DNA of 64,000 nucleotides. It comes from an uncultured Clostridia bacterium (lineage in GTDB: Bacteria > Bacillota > Clostridia > Oscillospirales > Acutalibacteraceae). Within the stretch, counting starts at the first letter, position 1; the number at the start of each line of letters is the position of its first letter. The position numbers and the translations under genes are program-made. The stretch is from assembly GCA_946555465.1 (NCBI GenBank), contig CAMNST010000003.1, forward strand, positions 64,226 through 128,225. Reading direction: 5' to 3'. This document shows positions 46,221 to 56,200 of this stretch, one piece after another. A model generated the notes under the pieces. It did no database searches. It saw only the letters and a program-made list of their open reading frames with translations, and had not been told where the DNA came from.

Positions 46221-47052
46221 ATATATCCGTCCTCAACATTCGGTTTGATATTTGTGATTTCAGCGGAATGCTGAATTGAAGGAGAAAGTGCCTTAATCAT
46301 TTTTCTGCCGTCTTTTTCAAATCGGTGCTGAATGTGATACGGTTTTGAAAGAAGATTTTCATTTTTGCTTTCAAGTTCAAAGACCTTTCCGCCTGCTTTT
46401 TCCTGAATTTCCGTGCATGTTCCCGAACCTATGATTTTTCCGTTATTCATAACAATTATGTAGTCACACAGTGCTTCAACATCCTCAACAATATGTGTTG
46501 AAATGATAACAATATGACTATCTGAAAGAGTAGATATAATGTTTTTAAATCTGAGTCTTTCTTCCGGATCAAGCCCGGCTGTTGGTTCATCAAATATTAT
46601 AATTTCGGGGTTGTTTAAAATTGCCTGTGCAATTCCGAGGCGTCTTATCATTCCTCCTGATAGGTTTTTACTTTACTGTTAAATTGTTCGCTGAGATTCA
46701 CAATTTCAATACAGCGTTCAATTTCTTTTTTTATATTATTTTTAGGCACTTCTTTTATTGCTGCCATGGTTTCCATCATTTCACTTACTGTCAGTTCGCG
46801 AAACAGTCCGTATTTTTGCGGTAAATAGCCAAGATTTGAAAAATAACTTTTATCATCGGTTATATTTTTATTATTGTAGAATATTTTACCGCCATTAAGT
46901 GGGTATAGTTGAGTTATGCAGCGTATCAGTGTTGTTTTTCCGGCACCGTTAGGACCGAGAATACCATATATTCCTTTTTCAAATTTGTAATCTATACCTT
47001 TAAGAACTTCTTTTTTCCTGAACTTTTTTGTAACATTTTTTAGTTCAAGCAT
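46199..47052 (-). pseudogene. ABC transporter ATP-binding protein interrupted by a single-nucleotide frameshift
   Basis: The upstream ORF carries Walker A GPNGAGKTT and stops at ...KVKTYQEE. Shifting one frame at 46651-46668 (gtaaaaacctatcaggagga) restores [16 protein letters not shown], which continues into the Walker [13 protein letters not shown] of the downstream ORF. Confidence 0.75.
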
Positions 47053-48940
47053 TGTTGTCACCGCCTGTCAAAAATTCTTCAACACTTCTTGTGTCATTTT
47101 CATCCGTGCAGAATGCAGTTATATTTTTCAGTCCCTCTTCTTCTCCGTATTTGTCAATATATGATATAAAGAGTTTTGCAAGACTGCCGTCTTCCTCCTC
47201 TTTTGCCTGCTCTCTGGCATAATCGGGATCTTGCTTATAATTCATATTGCAGTACATAAATAAATCATATCTTTCCGGAAGAGGAATTTGGGTCCAGTAA
47301 GAAGACGGAATTGAAATAATCTGCTCCGTTACGATGTGGTCTTTGCAATCGGCGTACTTATTGTAAGGCGAGATTAAATTTATATTTGGTATAGCAATAA
47401 TGGTTTTTACCCCGTCTTTAATTGATGGTTTTCCCTTATATTTTGTAACTGTATTGTTTATAACTTCCGGGGTATCTGTAGGGTCCATAAACGGGTAAAT
47501 AATTTTTATGCCGTCAATTTCTGTTTCTTCATACAGACCCGAAACTAAAGTTGCGCCTGTTCCGTTTCCGATGAAATGGTTTTTATCGGTTTCTTCAAAA
47601 TTGCAGTATGTTTTTTGTAAACCGTTTACTTTAATATCAAAACTTGTATTTTCATCAAAGAAGAACCGGTTTATGCCCTGATGATTTCTGTCATATACAG
47701 GCGACCATCCGCTGTGGGGAAGATAGGGAAAATAAGCGGGAAGAAATATGCCTTGTGAGTTTGTGTAAAACTGCGGTGAATATCCGCTGTATGTCATTAA
47801 GATTTTGCTGAGTTGCGATTCGTTATAAACCGTTATGCAGTCGCCGTTTTGTTCAAAATCAAGATGATTTTTGTTTTCGTCGGTCACTGCTTTCAGTTTG
47901 TAACCGTGGTAAAGCGTAAAACAGTATTCTTTTAAATTTGTTTTATCAACTGTAACACTTACTTTTGCTCTGAGTTTTAAGTCTGCTGAAAGTTGTGCGT
48001 CACATTCGGTAATTGAAAAGTCCGCTTCTTTTATCTGAATATTTTCGGCATTTTTCTCATCTGAATAATATTCATAATCTGCCATAACGGAGTCTATTGG
48101 GTTATCGCTGTTCCTTTTGACTTTTGATGAAGGAACAAGGCAGGTAATAAAACATATTGCCGCCAACATAAAAACAGGCAGTTGCTTTAGGTAATTTTTA
48201 TTTGTTTTTGGTATGGACATTTTGCAAAGTGAAAGTGCAATCAGAAAAAAGCACCAGAAAAAAACAGTAATCCAACGGTATGGAAGAATGGAATGACCAA
48301 GTGCGTAAACCGGTCTCCAGGTAAGATCGGGAGTGAAAAAATCAAATAAATTGAAAAACGGCGTAATATCAATCCCATTTCCCTCCGCATAAATCAATAA
48401 GCCTATATCGTTGAACATAGGACTGCTTATAAGGCATATGAGAACAAGCATCAGATATGCGTTAAGACGTTTTGCAATAAGAGAGAAAAACAAACCGAAA
48501 CATGCGCCCATTACAGGGATAAGAAAATAGTTGAGCAAGGCACCTGCAAGGACCTGAATAATCAGTTTTTCGTTCATCGCATTATTTACAATGCAGAGAA
48601 GTACTTCAAATACAATCATAAGAAGCGTAAAGACACTGATGAGTATAGTGAAAAAAACGAACTGTACGGCTAAAAATTTTTTATAACCTTTACCGGTGCA
48701 TATAAGTCCTTCTTCCATATGGCAGTTTCTGCATTTACTGAAAAATTCAAAAGCGAGAAATGCAAACAATATGAAAGCAAATAAAGACATTTGGATAAGG
48801 CAGCCTTCAAGTGCAAGATAATGCCCTCTCTTGGTATTATGGATTCCATAGCAAACTGTAAAAATTAAAAATAAAACATACGGCACCAAAAGTATGATTG
48901 AACGCCGAAAAATTTTATTCGTTGCTTTAAATACTGTCAT
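47045..48940 (-). CDS. Large membrane protein: N-terminal multi-TM (permease-like) region plus a ~350-aa extracytoplasmic domain
   Basis: 631 aa. About 8 TM segments in the first 270 aa, then a soluble domain of unknown family. RBS aggaaagg. Confidence 0.6.
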   Translation of the reverse strand: MTVFKATNKIFRRSIILLVPYVLFLIFTVCYGIHNTKRGHYLALEGCLIQMSLFAFILFAFLAFEFFSKCRNCHMEEGLICTGKGYKKFLAVQFVFFTILISVFTLLMIVFEVLLCIVNNAMNEKLIIQVLAGALLNYFLIPVMGACFGLFFSLIAKRLNAYLMLVLICLISSPMFNDIGLLIYAEGNGIDITPFFNLFDFFTPDLTWRPVYALGHSILPYRWITVFFWCFFLIALSLCKMSIPKTNKNYLKQLPVFMLAAICFITCLVPSSKVKRNSDNPIDSVMADYEYYSDEKNAENIQIKEADFSITECDAQLSADLKLRAKVSVTVDKTNLKEYCFTLYHGYKLKAVTDENKNHLDFEQNGDCITVYNESQLSKILMTYSGYSPQFYTNSQGIFLPAYFPYLPHSGWSPVYDRNHQGINRFFFDENTSFDIKVNGLQKTYCNFEETDKNHFIGNGTGATLVSGLYEETEIDGIKIIYPFMDPTDTPEVINNTVTKYKGKPSIKDGVKTIIAIPNINLISPYNKYADCKDHIVTEQIISIPSSYWTQIPLPERYDLFMYCNMNYKQDPDYAREQAKEEEDGSLAKLFISYIDKYGEEEGLKNITAFCTDENDTRSVEEFLTGGDNNA

Positions 48941-49007
48941 TTTGGCTTTCCTTTCCTAAAGATATATGCCGCAGTAAGCGGCATATATCAATAATTATTA
49001 CTGTTGT

Positions 49008-49424
49008 TTAAGGTTCTTCAATCTGTTGGTTACGGAATATATATCCTTGTCCGCTGCAACCGTTGCTATAGGATGCATACGGTTTAAGTTGAACCCGCCA
49101 TGCATTGGCAACCGGAAATTCTCTTGTTTTCCTTCCCTGAAATTCAAATCCGGGATCCAATGCGATTTTTTCATCATACATAAATCCGTTTGAACTTGCA
49201 TCAAAAAACTGAGAACAAACCGTTAATTTATGTGAAGAATCCGGGTCATTGTGACCGCCGAAATATTTATACTTGCCATATACTGTTATGGTATAACTGG
49301 ATGCCTGATTAGAAGAGATTGCACATGTGGCGGAACCGCTCGGTATGGATAATGCATAAGCAGAAACCGCAATTATTGACAAGCAAAGCAAAAGCGTTAC
49401 CGCAAAAGAAAATATTTTTTTCAT
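49008..49424 (-). CDS. Small secreted protein, unknown family
   Basis: 138 aa. Signal peptide MKKIFSFAVTLLLCLSIIAVSAYA and 4 Cys in the mature part. Confidence 0.55.
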   Translation of the reverse strand: MKKIFSFAVTLLLCLSIIAVSAYALSIPSGSATCAISSNQASSYTITVYGKYKYFGGHNDPDSSHKLTVCSQFFDASSNGFMYDEKIALDPGFEFQGRKTREFPVANAWRVQLKPYASYSNGCSGQGYIFRNQQIEEP

Positions 49425-49651
49425 AATTATTATCCGTTCATAATAGTAAAATGAATTTTATTGTGTTTTTTGATAATTATCTAAATTACATTTACAGTAC
49501 TTTTGTACTTAAGTACAATTCATTTATAACATAATTCGGCAATATTGTAAATAATCCACAAAAAAATAATTGATATCTTGTAGTTTTTGTATAAAATGCT
49601 ATATCCTCTAATAATAGTGTTCTAAATATTTAAATAGTGACAAAAATTTTC

Positions 49652-49687
49652 TCAAAAATAAAAAGGGTATCCTTGCGGATACCCTTT
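49652..49687 (-). terminator. Rho-independent terminator after the GGGtGRT gene
   Basis: Stem aaagggtatcc/ggataccctt with a T-run on the minus strand. Confidence 0.75.
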
Positions 49688-49756
49688 AACAATTTCATAC
49701 TCGCTCGTGTTTGTGCAATCGTATTAAAAATTACTGCACGAAAGAGATATATTTAA

Positions 49757-50764
49757 TTATTTAGATGCTTCTTCAACAGCAACTGCACAAGCAACGGTTG
49801 CGCCTACCATTGGGTTGTTACCCATACCGATAAGACCCATCATCTCAACGTGAGCGGGAACTGAAGATGAACCTGCAAACTGAGCGTCACCGTGCATTCT
49901 GCCCATTGAGTCTGTAAGACCATATGAAGCAGGACCTGCAGCCATGTTATCAGGATGAAGTGTACGGCCTGTGCCGCCGCCTGATGCAACTGAGAAATAA
50001 GTTTTACCGTTTTCAAGAGCCCATTTCTTATATGTGCCTGCAACGAGATGCTGGAAACGGGTTGGATTTGTTGAGTTACCTGTAATAGAAACGTCAACGC
50101 CTTCGTGTTTCATAATAGCAACACCTTCAAGAACATCGTTAGCACCATAGCACTTAACTGCTGCTCTTTCGCCGTCTGAGAAAGCCTTTTCTTCTTCAAT
50201 TTTAAGGTCGCCTGTGTAGAAATCATAATCAGTTTTTACATAGGTGAAACCATTAATACGTGAAATGATATATGCAGCATCTTTGCCGAGACCGTTAAGA
50301 ATTACCTTAAGAGGCTCTTTGCGAACTTTGTTTGCTGTTCTTGCAATACCGATTGCACCTTCAGCAGCAGCGAATGATTCGTGACCTGCAAGGAATGCAA
50401 AGCATTTTGTGTCTTCGCTGAGAAGTTTTGCACCGAGATTACCATGACCGAGACCAACGTTTCTCTGCTCAGCAACTGAACCCGGAATACAGAAAGCCTG
50501 GAGACCGATACCGATAGCAGCAGCAGCCTCAGATGCAGTTGTTACACCTTTTTTGAATGCAACTGCAACGCCGAGTGTGTATGCCCAACTTGCGTTTTCA
50601 AAAGCGATTGGCTGAACGCCTTTTACGATAGCGTCAACATCAACACCTTTTGATAAACATAAATCTCTTGCTTCTTCAAGACTTGAAAGACCATATTCAG
50701 CAAGACATTTTTCAATTTTGGCAAGTCTTCTTTCTTTGCCTTCAAATTTTACATCGTTTGCCAT
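49757..50764 (-). CDS. GGGtGRT family protein
   Basis: 335 aa. It contains the eponymous motif in FSVASGGGTGRTLHPD. Confidence 0.85.
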   Translation of the reverse strand: MANDVKFEGKERRLAKIEKCLAEYGLSSLEEARDLCLSKGVDVDAIVKGVQPIAFENASWAYTLGVAVAFKKGVTTASEAAAAIGIGLQAFCIPGSVAEQRNVGLGHGNLGAKLLSEDTKCFAFLAGHESFAAAEGAIGIARTANKVRKEPLKVILNGLGKDAAYIISRINGFTYVKTDYDFYTGDLKIEEEKAFSDGERAAVKCYGANDVLEGVAIMKHEGVDVSITGNSTNPTRFQHLVAGTYKKWALENGKTYFSVASGGGTGRTLHPDNMAAGPASYGLTDSMGRMHGDAQFAGSSSVPAHVEMMGLIGMGNNPMVGATVACAVAVEEASK

Positions 50765-50782
50765 TCTATTGTCCTCCTTATC

Positions 50783-51475
50783 TTATTCTTCTCTTGGGTC
50801 AATATACTTTGCAGCGTTAGCAAAGCGACCGTAGTTGCCGATGTTTGCTTTATATGCTTCGTCAGGTGATACACCGTGACGGATATCTTCAAGCATTTTG
50901 CCGACTTTAACGAATTCATAGCCGATAACTTCGCCTTCTTCGTCAAGTGCCATGCGAGTAACATAACCTTCAGCCATTTCCATATAACGAACGCCCTTAA
51001 GTTTGGTTGAGAACATTGTTCCAACCTGTGAACGAAGACCTTTACCAAGATCTTCAAGAGCAGCACCGACAACGAGACCGCCTTCTGAGAAAGCAGACTG
51101 TGAACGGCCGTAAGCAAGTTGTTTGAAAATTTCTCTCATTGCAACGTTGATAGCGTCACAAACAAGGTCGGTATTAAGGCACTCAAGAAGAGTTTTGCCG
51201 GGAAGAATTTCTGCAGCCATAGCAGCCGAGTGTGTCATACCCGAGCAGCCGATTGTTTCAACAAGTGCTTCTTCAACAATACCGTCTTTAACATTAAGGC
51301 TGATTTTGCAGGCACCCTGCTGAGGTGCACACCAGCCAATACCGTGTGAAAAACCGCTGATATCGGAAATTTGATAAGATTTTACCCATTTGCCTTCTTC
51401 AGGAATGGGAGCCGGACCATGATGCGGACCTTTTTTTACAGTACACATCTGTTCTACTTCATTTGAATAGACCAT
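50783..51475 (-). CDS. NifU N-terminal-like iron-sulfur cluster scaffold-like protein
   Basis: 230 aa. The Cys-containing GIGWCAPQQGACKISL...IGCSGMTHSAAMA pattern is reminiscent of IscU/NifU-N. It lies directly upstream of the GGGtGRT gene. Confidence 0.75.
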   Translation of the reverse strand: MVYSNEVEQMCTVKKGPHHGPAPIPEEGKWVKSYQISDISGFSHGIGWCAPQQGACKISLNVKDGIVEEALVETIGCSGMTHSAAMAAEILPGKTLLECLNTDLVCDAINVAMREIFKQLAYGRSQSAFSEGGLVVGAALEDLGKGLRSQVGTMFSTKLKGVRYMEMAEGYVTRMALDEEGEVIGYEFVKVGKMLEDIRHGVSPDEAYKANIGNYGRFANAAKYIDPREE

Positions 51476-51697
51476 AATTTACTCCTTCCAAATTAATAAT
51501 TTTAAAAATTACCACGATTATTATACCCAATTTGTTCCTTATCTTCAATAGTAAATACGAAAAATTTGGTGTATTTTGCCTGTTTTATTTTGTGAACATT
51601 GCCAAATTGAATTATATTCAATATTTTGATATACTAATATCAGGTGTTAAAAGTAATTGATAATAATTTTTAATGCCCAAAGAACGGAGGTTGTTCT

Positions 51698-51964
51698 ATG
51701 AAAATAAAAGACGGTTTTGCAAAACGCAAAATAGCAGGATCAAATATAGTTGTTCCCGTCGGAAAACAGAGTATTGAATTTAACGGAATGATTACGCTCA
51801 ATGACAGCGGTTCATTTTTCTGGGATTGTTTTTGTAAAGATATAACGATAGATGATGCAGTTAAAATGGTTACTGACGAATATGAAATTGATGCACAGAC
51901 GGCAAGACAGGATATAGATAATTTTGTTGAAATGCTGAGAAAAAACAATCTGCTTGATGAATAA
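51698..51964 (+). CDS. PqqD-family (RiPP recognition element-like) small protein
   Basis: 88 aa. NGMITLNDSGSFFWDCF...DDAVKMVTDEYEIDAQTARQDIDNFVEMLRKNNLL matches the PqqD winged-helix pattern. GGAGG RBS. Confidence 0.7.
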   Translation: MKIKDGFAKRKIAGSNIVVPVGKQSIEFNGMITLNDSGSFFWDCFCKDITIDDAVKMVTDEYEIDAQTARQDIDNFVEMLRKNNLLDE

Positions 51965-51975
51965 TATATATGAAA

Positions 51976-52026
51976 CAAAAAAACAGCAGTTTATCTGATT
52001 GATGAGATAAACTGCTGTTTTTATTT
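51976..52026. terminator. Bidirectional rho-independent terminator
   Basis: A 13-bp stem, acagcagtttatc (51983-51995) paired with gataaactgctgt (52006-52018), flanked by A and T runs. Confidence 0.85.
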
Positions 52027-52043
52027 TGTCAATAGCAGAAAGC

Positions 52044-53246
52044 CTAATTAAGTGTAAGTTTCGGATAATCGTTTTTGGTCATATTAATTACCTGACGCAA
52101 TTCTGCAGATTTTGTTTCAGCCTCGTCTTCAGGCAGATTTTTTATTATATAAGAAAAATCTTTTGTATTTATAACACCGTCTTTTATATACTCACAGGCA
52201 AACATTTTTATAGGCTGGTCTGTAAAATCATTTTCGGATGCAGAGGCGGCTATAATTGCTGTAATAGTTCTGTCGATGGCATTGCTGCTGACGATTCTGT
52301 AGTCAACTTGGCCGGCAACCGCGGAGAATGTGTAGACTCCGTTTGCATCATTATATGTCTCAATAAGATTGTTGTTATTATATATTTTGGCGCCCTCAAT
52401 CGGATTTCCAAGATAATCAGTTACAAAAATTTTAACAGCATAAAGTCCGGGATTTATGATTTCAACGTGATAGTCTACAGTTTTATCAAAAACCTTAATG
52501 GTCATTACGTTGCCGTTGTATAACGGGTCTTTTGGCATATACCAGTGATTTTTTTCCTGATCACACGTATAACTTATGTAATAATCGCCAACCCGGTCTG
52601 ATCCTGTTGCAGATAAAACCGTTCCGTCTTTCAGCGTTATGGTAACCGTCATATTATTTAATATTCTGTTAATGTCATAAAGAAAATATCTATTGCCGGA
52701 TGAATCTGTTTTCCAACTGCCGTTTGTAAAAGCCTCAAGTTTTGTTGGGCAACTAACAGAAAGATCAATGATTGCACCATCGCTGTCAAAACCTTCACAG
52801 ATGAGTTTAACCTTCATAAAACCATCGGTTCGTTTATCACCATCGCGCCAGCCTGCTTTAAAATAATAGCGAACTCCTTTTTCAAGATGATATGTAATGC
52901 AGAACTGGTATTTGTTTGGCTGACTATATTTTTCATTCTGATAATCGCTGTTCCCTTTGGAATAGGCAAGTTGCGTGTATGTTTTCATACCTGTTTCAGG
53001 ATCTTTTTCTTTTATAAACAGATATGCTTCGCTTGCCGGCAGATTATATGAAAGAAATGAGTAAGTTCCCGATTCTTCAGGGGTATATAAAAATGTTATC
53101 TGGTCATCTATACCGTCAATAACCGCACCATATTCCGAATCAAGTTTTACTATTTCAATAGATTTGGCGTAAGCGGTTAATGAAAAGGCAAGTGAAGACA
53201 AAATTATCGTAACCGCCAAAAACAGGGAAAAAATTTTTTTGTTCAT
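52044..53246 (-). CDS. Secreted protein with a CarboxypepD_reg-like beta-sandwich and a degenerate dockerin-like C-terminal segment
   Basis: Signal peptide MNKKIFSLFLAVTIILSSLAFSLTAYA. Its C-terminal module (VKIFVTDYLGNPIEGAKIY... then IKDGVINTKDFSYI) parallels the C-terminus of the adjacent CotH protein. Confidence 0.65.
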   Translation of the reverse strand: MNKKIFSLFLAVTIILSSLAFSLTAYAKSIEIVKLDSEYGAVIDGIDDQITFLYTPEESGTYSFLSYNLPASEAYLFIKEKDPETGMKTYTQLAYSKGNSDYQNEKYSQPNKYQFCITYHLEKGVRYYFKAGWRDGDKRTDGFMKVKLICEGFDSDGAIIDLSVSCPTKLEAFTNGSWKTDSSGNRYFLYDINRILNNMTVTITLKDGTVLSATGSDRVGDYYISYTCDQEKNHWYMPKDPLYNGNVMTIKVFDKTVDYHVEIINPGLYAVKIFVTDYLGNPIEGAKIYNNNNLIETYNDANGVYTFSAVAGQVDYRIVSSNAIDRTITAIIAASASENDFTDQPIKMFACEYIKDGVINTKDFSYIIKNLPEDEAETKSAELRQVINMTKNDYPKLTLN

Positions 53247-53279
53247 TTCACTTGCCCTCCAGCAATATTAATATTGTTT

Positions 53280-56200
53280 TTAACTATAAACAAATTCAGT
53301 TGTGTTTGTGTTTATGAAGTTTTCAAAGAATTGTTTATATGGTGAATATTTTTCATCTTTATTTATTATAGCATAATCTTTTGCATTAATAAAGCCATCA
53401 TTATTTACATCAAAAACAAGTAAAGGAACATTAACTGTTTCATCACCTGTTACGGAAGCGGTTATTGTTTTTTCAACAACTTCATTTCCTTTAAATGTAA
53501 TTGTATAAGATCTGTTTTTTACAAGTGCAAGATTAAGCAAGCCGTTTTCGTCTGTGGTTCCTTTTAATACGCCGTCAACATAAACATCAACTCCGCCGTA
53601 ACCATAAGTTCCGGTTGTTGAAGTTTTTGTTTCAAGAACGGTGGTATTTACAGTTACATTGTTTGGAATTCTTGTTCCGCTCAGATCAACCGAGTTTATA
53701 CCTGTGTTGCCTTTGGTTACAAGTCTGAGTTCATCGCCGTCAACACTTTCACCGCCGTTGATAAATAACTTGATATAAAGTTTTTCCCGGTTGCTGCATT
53801 CGGAAGGAAGATTAAAGTTGCTGTATGTTTCAATGGTTTTTGAAGATGCATCATTGCTGATTGCTCTTGTATTTGAGTTATCAACATACTTATAGTTTCT
53901 TCCGTCGGTACTGTAGGCAATACCCCAGTCACGAGGTCCGTTATTTGAACTTAACTGTTCAAGTGTAAGGGTAAGATTTTTAAATCCGAGTGTACTCGTT
54001 TCAATAAACCAGTAACCGTTGCCGTCAGGATTATCAAGTTTTCCTGTTGCGGTAAATGCATTGGTGTCGCTGTAAGCAACTTTAACACCGTAAGTTCCTG
54101 TGTATGAAAGGATTGCTTTGTCCGCTGCGTTTGGAAACATTGATAAAGTTCCGCTGTTTTCACCGCTGGTGTTTGAAACAGTAAGGAAATCAGAACTTAC
54201 AAATTTGCTGAATGGTCTTGTTGAATCGTTATAGTTGAATTTTACTACTGTGTCACCTTTGTAGTAGTAAGTCTGAATATTTACAGCACTTGACTCTTCA
54301 TCTTCTTCAACCCAGGTAAGAACTCTGTAAGGTTCCTGGTTTGCCGGATCAAATCCTTTTACGGTTGAAAGTTGAATTCCCGTTGCGGGGCAGATGCCGT
54401 TCTGAACGATTGAACCCTGAGAATCAACAACTGCATACTGTATCGGAAGATTGTCTGCACTTTTGTATTTTATAAAACCGTTGTCGCCGAAGTAAGATGT
54501 TGATTTGTTTGTGAAAGGCATTTTAAATTCGCCGTTATCTTCACCGGCAACAATTACATTGTTTACATAAAGATTGCCTTTTGAGGCGTTATTGTGAAGT
54601 TCGGTTCCGCCGAAAGTCATATTTTCTGTTGTTGCAAGTCTTATATAGAGTTCTCTTTGATTGCTGCAGGCGGCAGGAAGAGGAATATTTACAAATAATT
54701 TTTCCAGCATAAGATTTGCAGTAAGGGGCACGTCTGAAACTACATTATAGTATGTAATGCCGTCTGTACTGTACTGAAGCGTAAGGCTCTTAGGACCCTG
54801 TGCAGTTGTGTAGGCCATACAGGAGAAATTGATGTTTTCATAACCTGCTGTGCTTACTTTGTAGGTGAATCCTGAGTTTTCGCTCCAGAAAGCACCATCA
54901 TCAGGCGCAATAGAGAAAGAGCCGTTTTTATCATTCCACAAAGGAACATACTGTGATTTGCCGTCAGTATAAGCGGTCATTTTTCCGCTTTCGCCGTAAA
55001 CACCGCCGTTTGAATCAACGGCACCGTTTAAAACTTCTGTGCTGTATGTGTCATAAGAGAAACTGTTTATATTTACACCGGCAAATACAAACTCGGCAGT
55101 TACGCTTTCGCTGACAATATCTTCAAATTTTGCATAAGCGCTGATTGTTACACTGTCGGTTCCGACCTTTGCGGTTTTGGCATCAAACGGATTGAATTCG
55201 CCTGTATAAAGAATCGGTTCACTTCCGTTTATGGTGTAGTATACATCTGCACCGCCGTTGCTGTCGGTGATTGTAATATTGTTATCGCTGAAAACAGGTG
55301 AACCGTTTTCAGGTGTTATTACAGGGGCAAGCAGTTCGGTTACAACTTTAAGTGATGAACCGGTTACTTTTATGTTGTTTACAGATGCGTCGCCGCTTAA
55401 CTGGTTTACTATTGTGCTTGTTCCGTTGATTGCCATGTTTTCGCAGACAACCATTCTGATATAAACTTTGCTCTGATTGTCACATTCCTGTGGAAGTGCG
55501 ATATTATCAAATGCAAGTTCCATCGTTTTATTATTTATGATTGTATATGAGGATCCGATATCGGTGTAGGCTGCACCGTCAAGGCTGTACTGAAGTTTCC
55601 ATGCTCTCGGGCCCTTCTTTGTACCGCCGAGATTTGCGCTGAATTTTATTCCTTCAAATCCGAGGGTTGAAACAACGGTTTCAAAGTATGGATATTTTCC
55701 CCACGCAATAAGGTCATTCTTGGAGGTGCCCATTACAGGAGATCTGTCAGATGCAACCGATGTGTTGCTGTTCACATACAAATCCGAACTGCTTGACCAT
55801 TTTATCTGCGCATTGTTTTTTGCATCTACGCTGGCGTACAGATTTGCATCGCTCTGGTTTTCACCGCTTGTTGCAGTGTAATAATATTCAAGTCCGCTTG
55901 GGTCTGCAGTTGCAAGAGCAGTGTTGTCTGCTGTGTAATCGTAATCCCACGCAGCGATGGTCTTTGTATATCCTGTCGGTCTTGAACCGGCAAGAACTGT
56001 ACAGCCATTTGATGTTATGCTGCCTGTAAGGTTTACATTATCGCCCGTTGCGGTTACCGTGATCGTTGCACCGACATCTTCGGCGGTTGTTGTGTATGTT
56101 TTTTCTGTTGCACCTGTGATTGCCGAACCGTTTCTGTACCACTGATATGAATGTGAGGCCGGAAGTTCTCTTCCGTCACTTAATCTGATATCGGCTGTCA

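Noticed and set aside
49480-49520. I considered whether the perfect 12-bp palindrome gtacttaagtac in the intergenic region upstream of the small secreted protein gene is an operator.
   Set aside because: It is a single occurrence in very AT-rich DNA with no adjacent regulator gene. That is insufficient support for a regulatory call.
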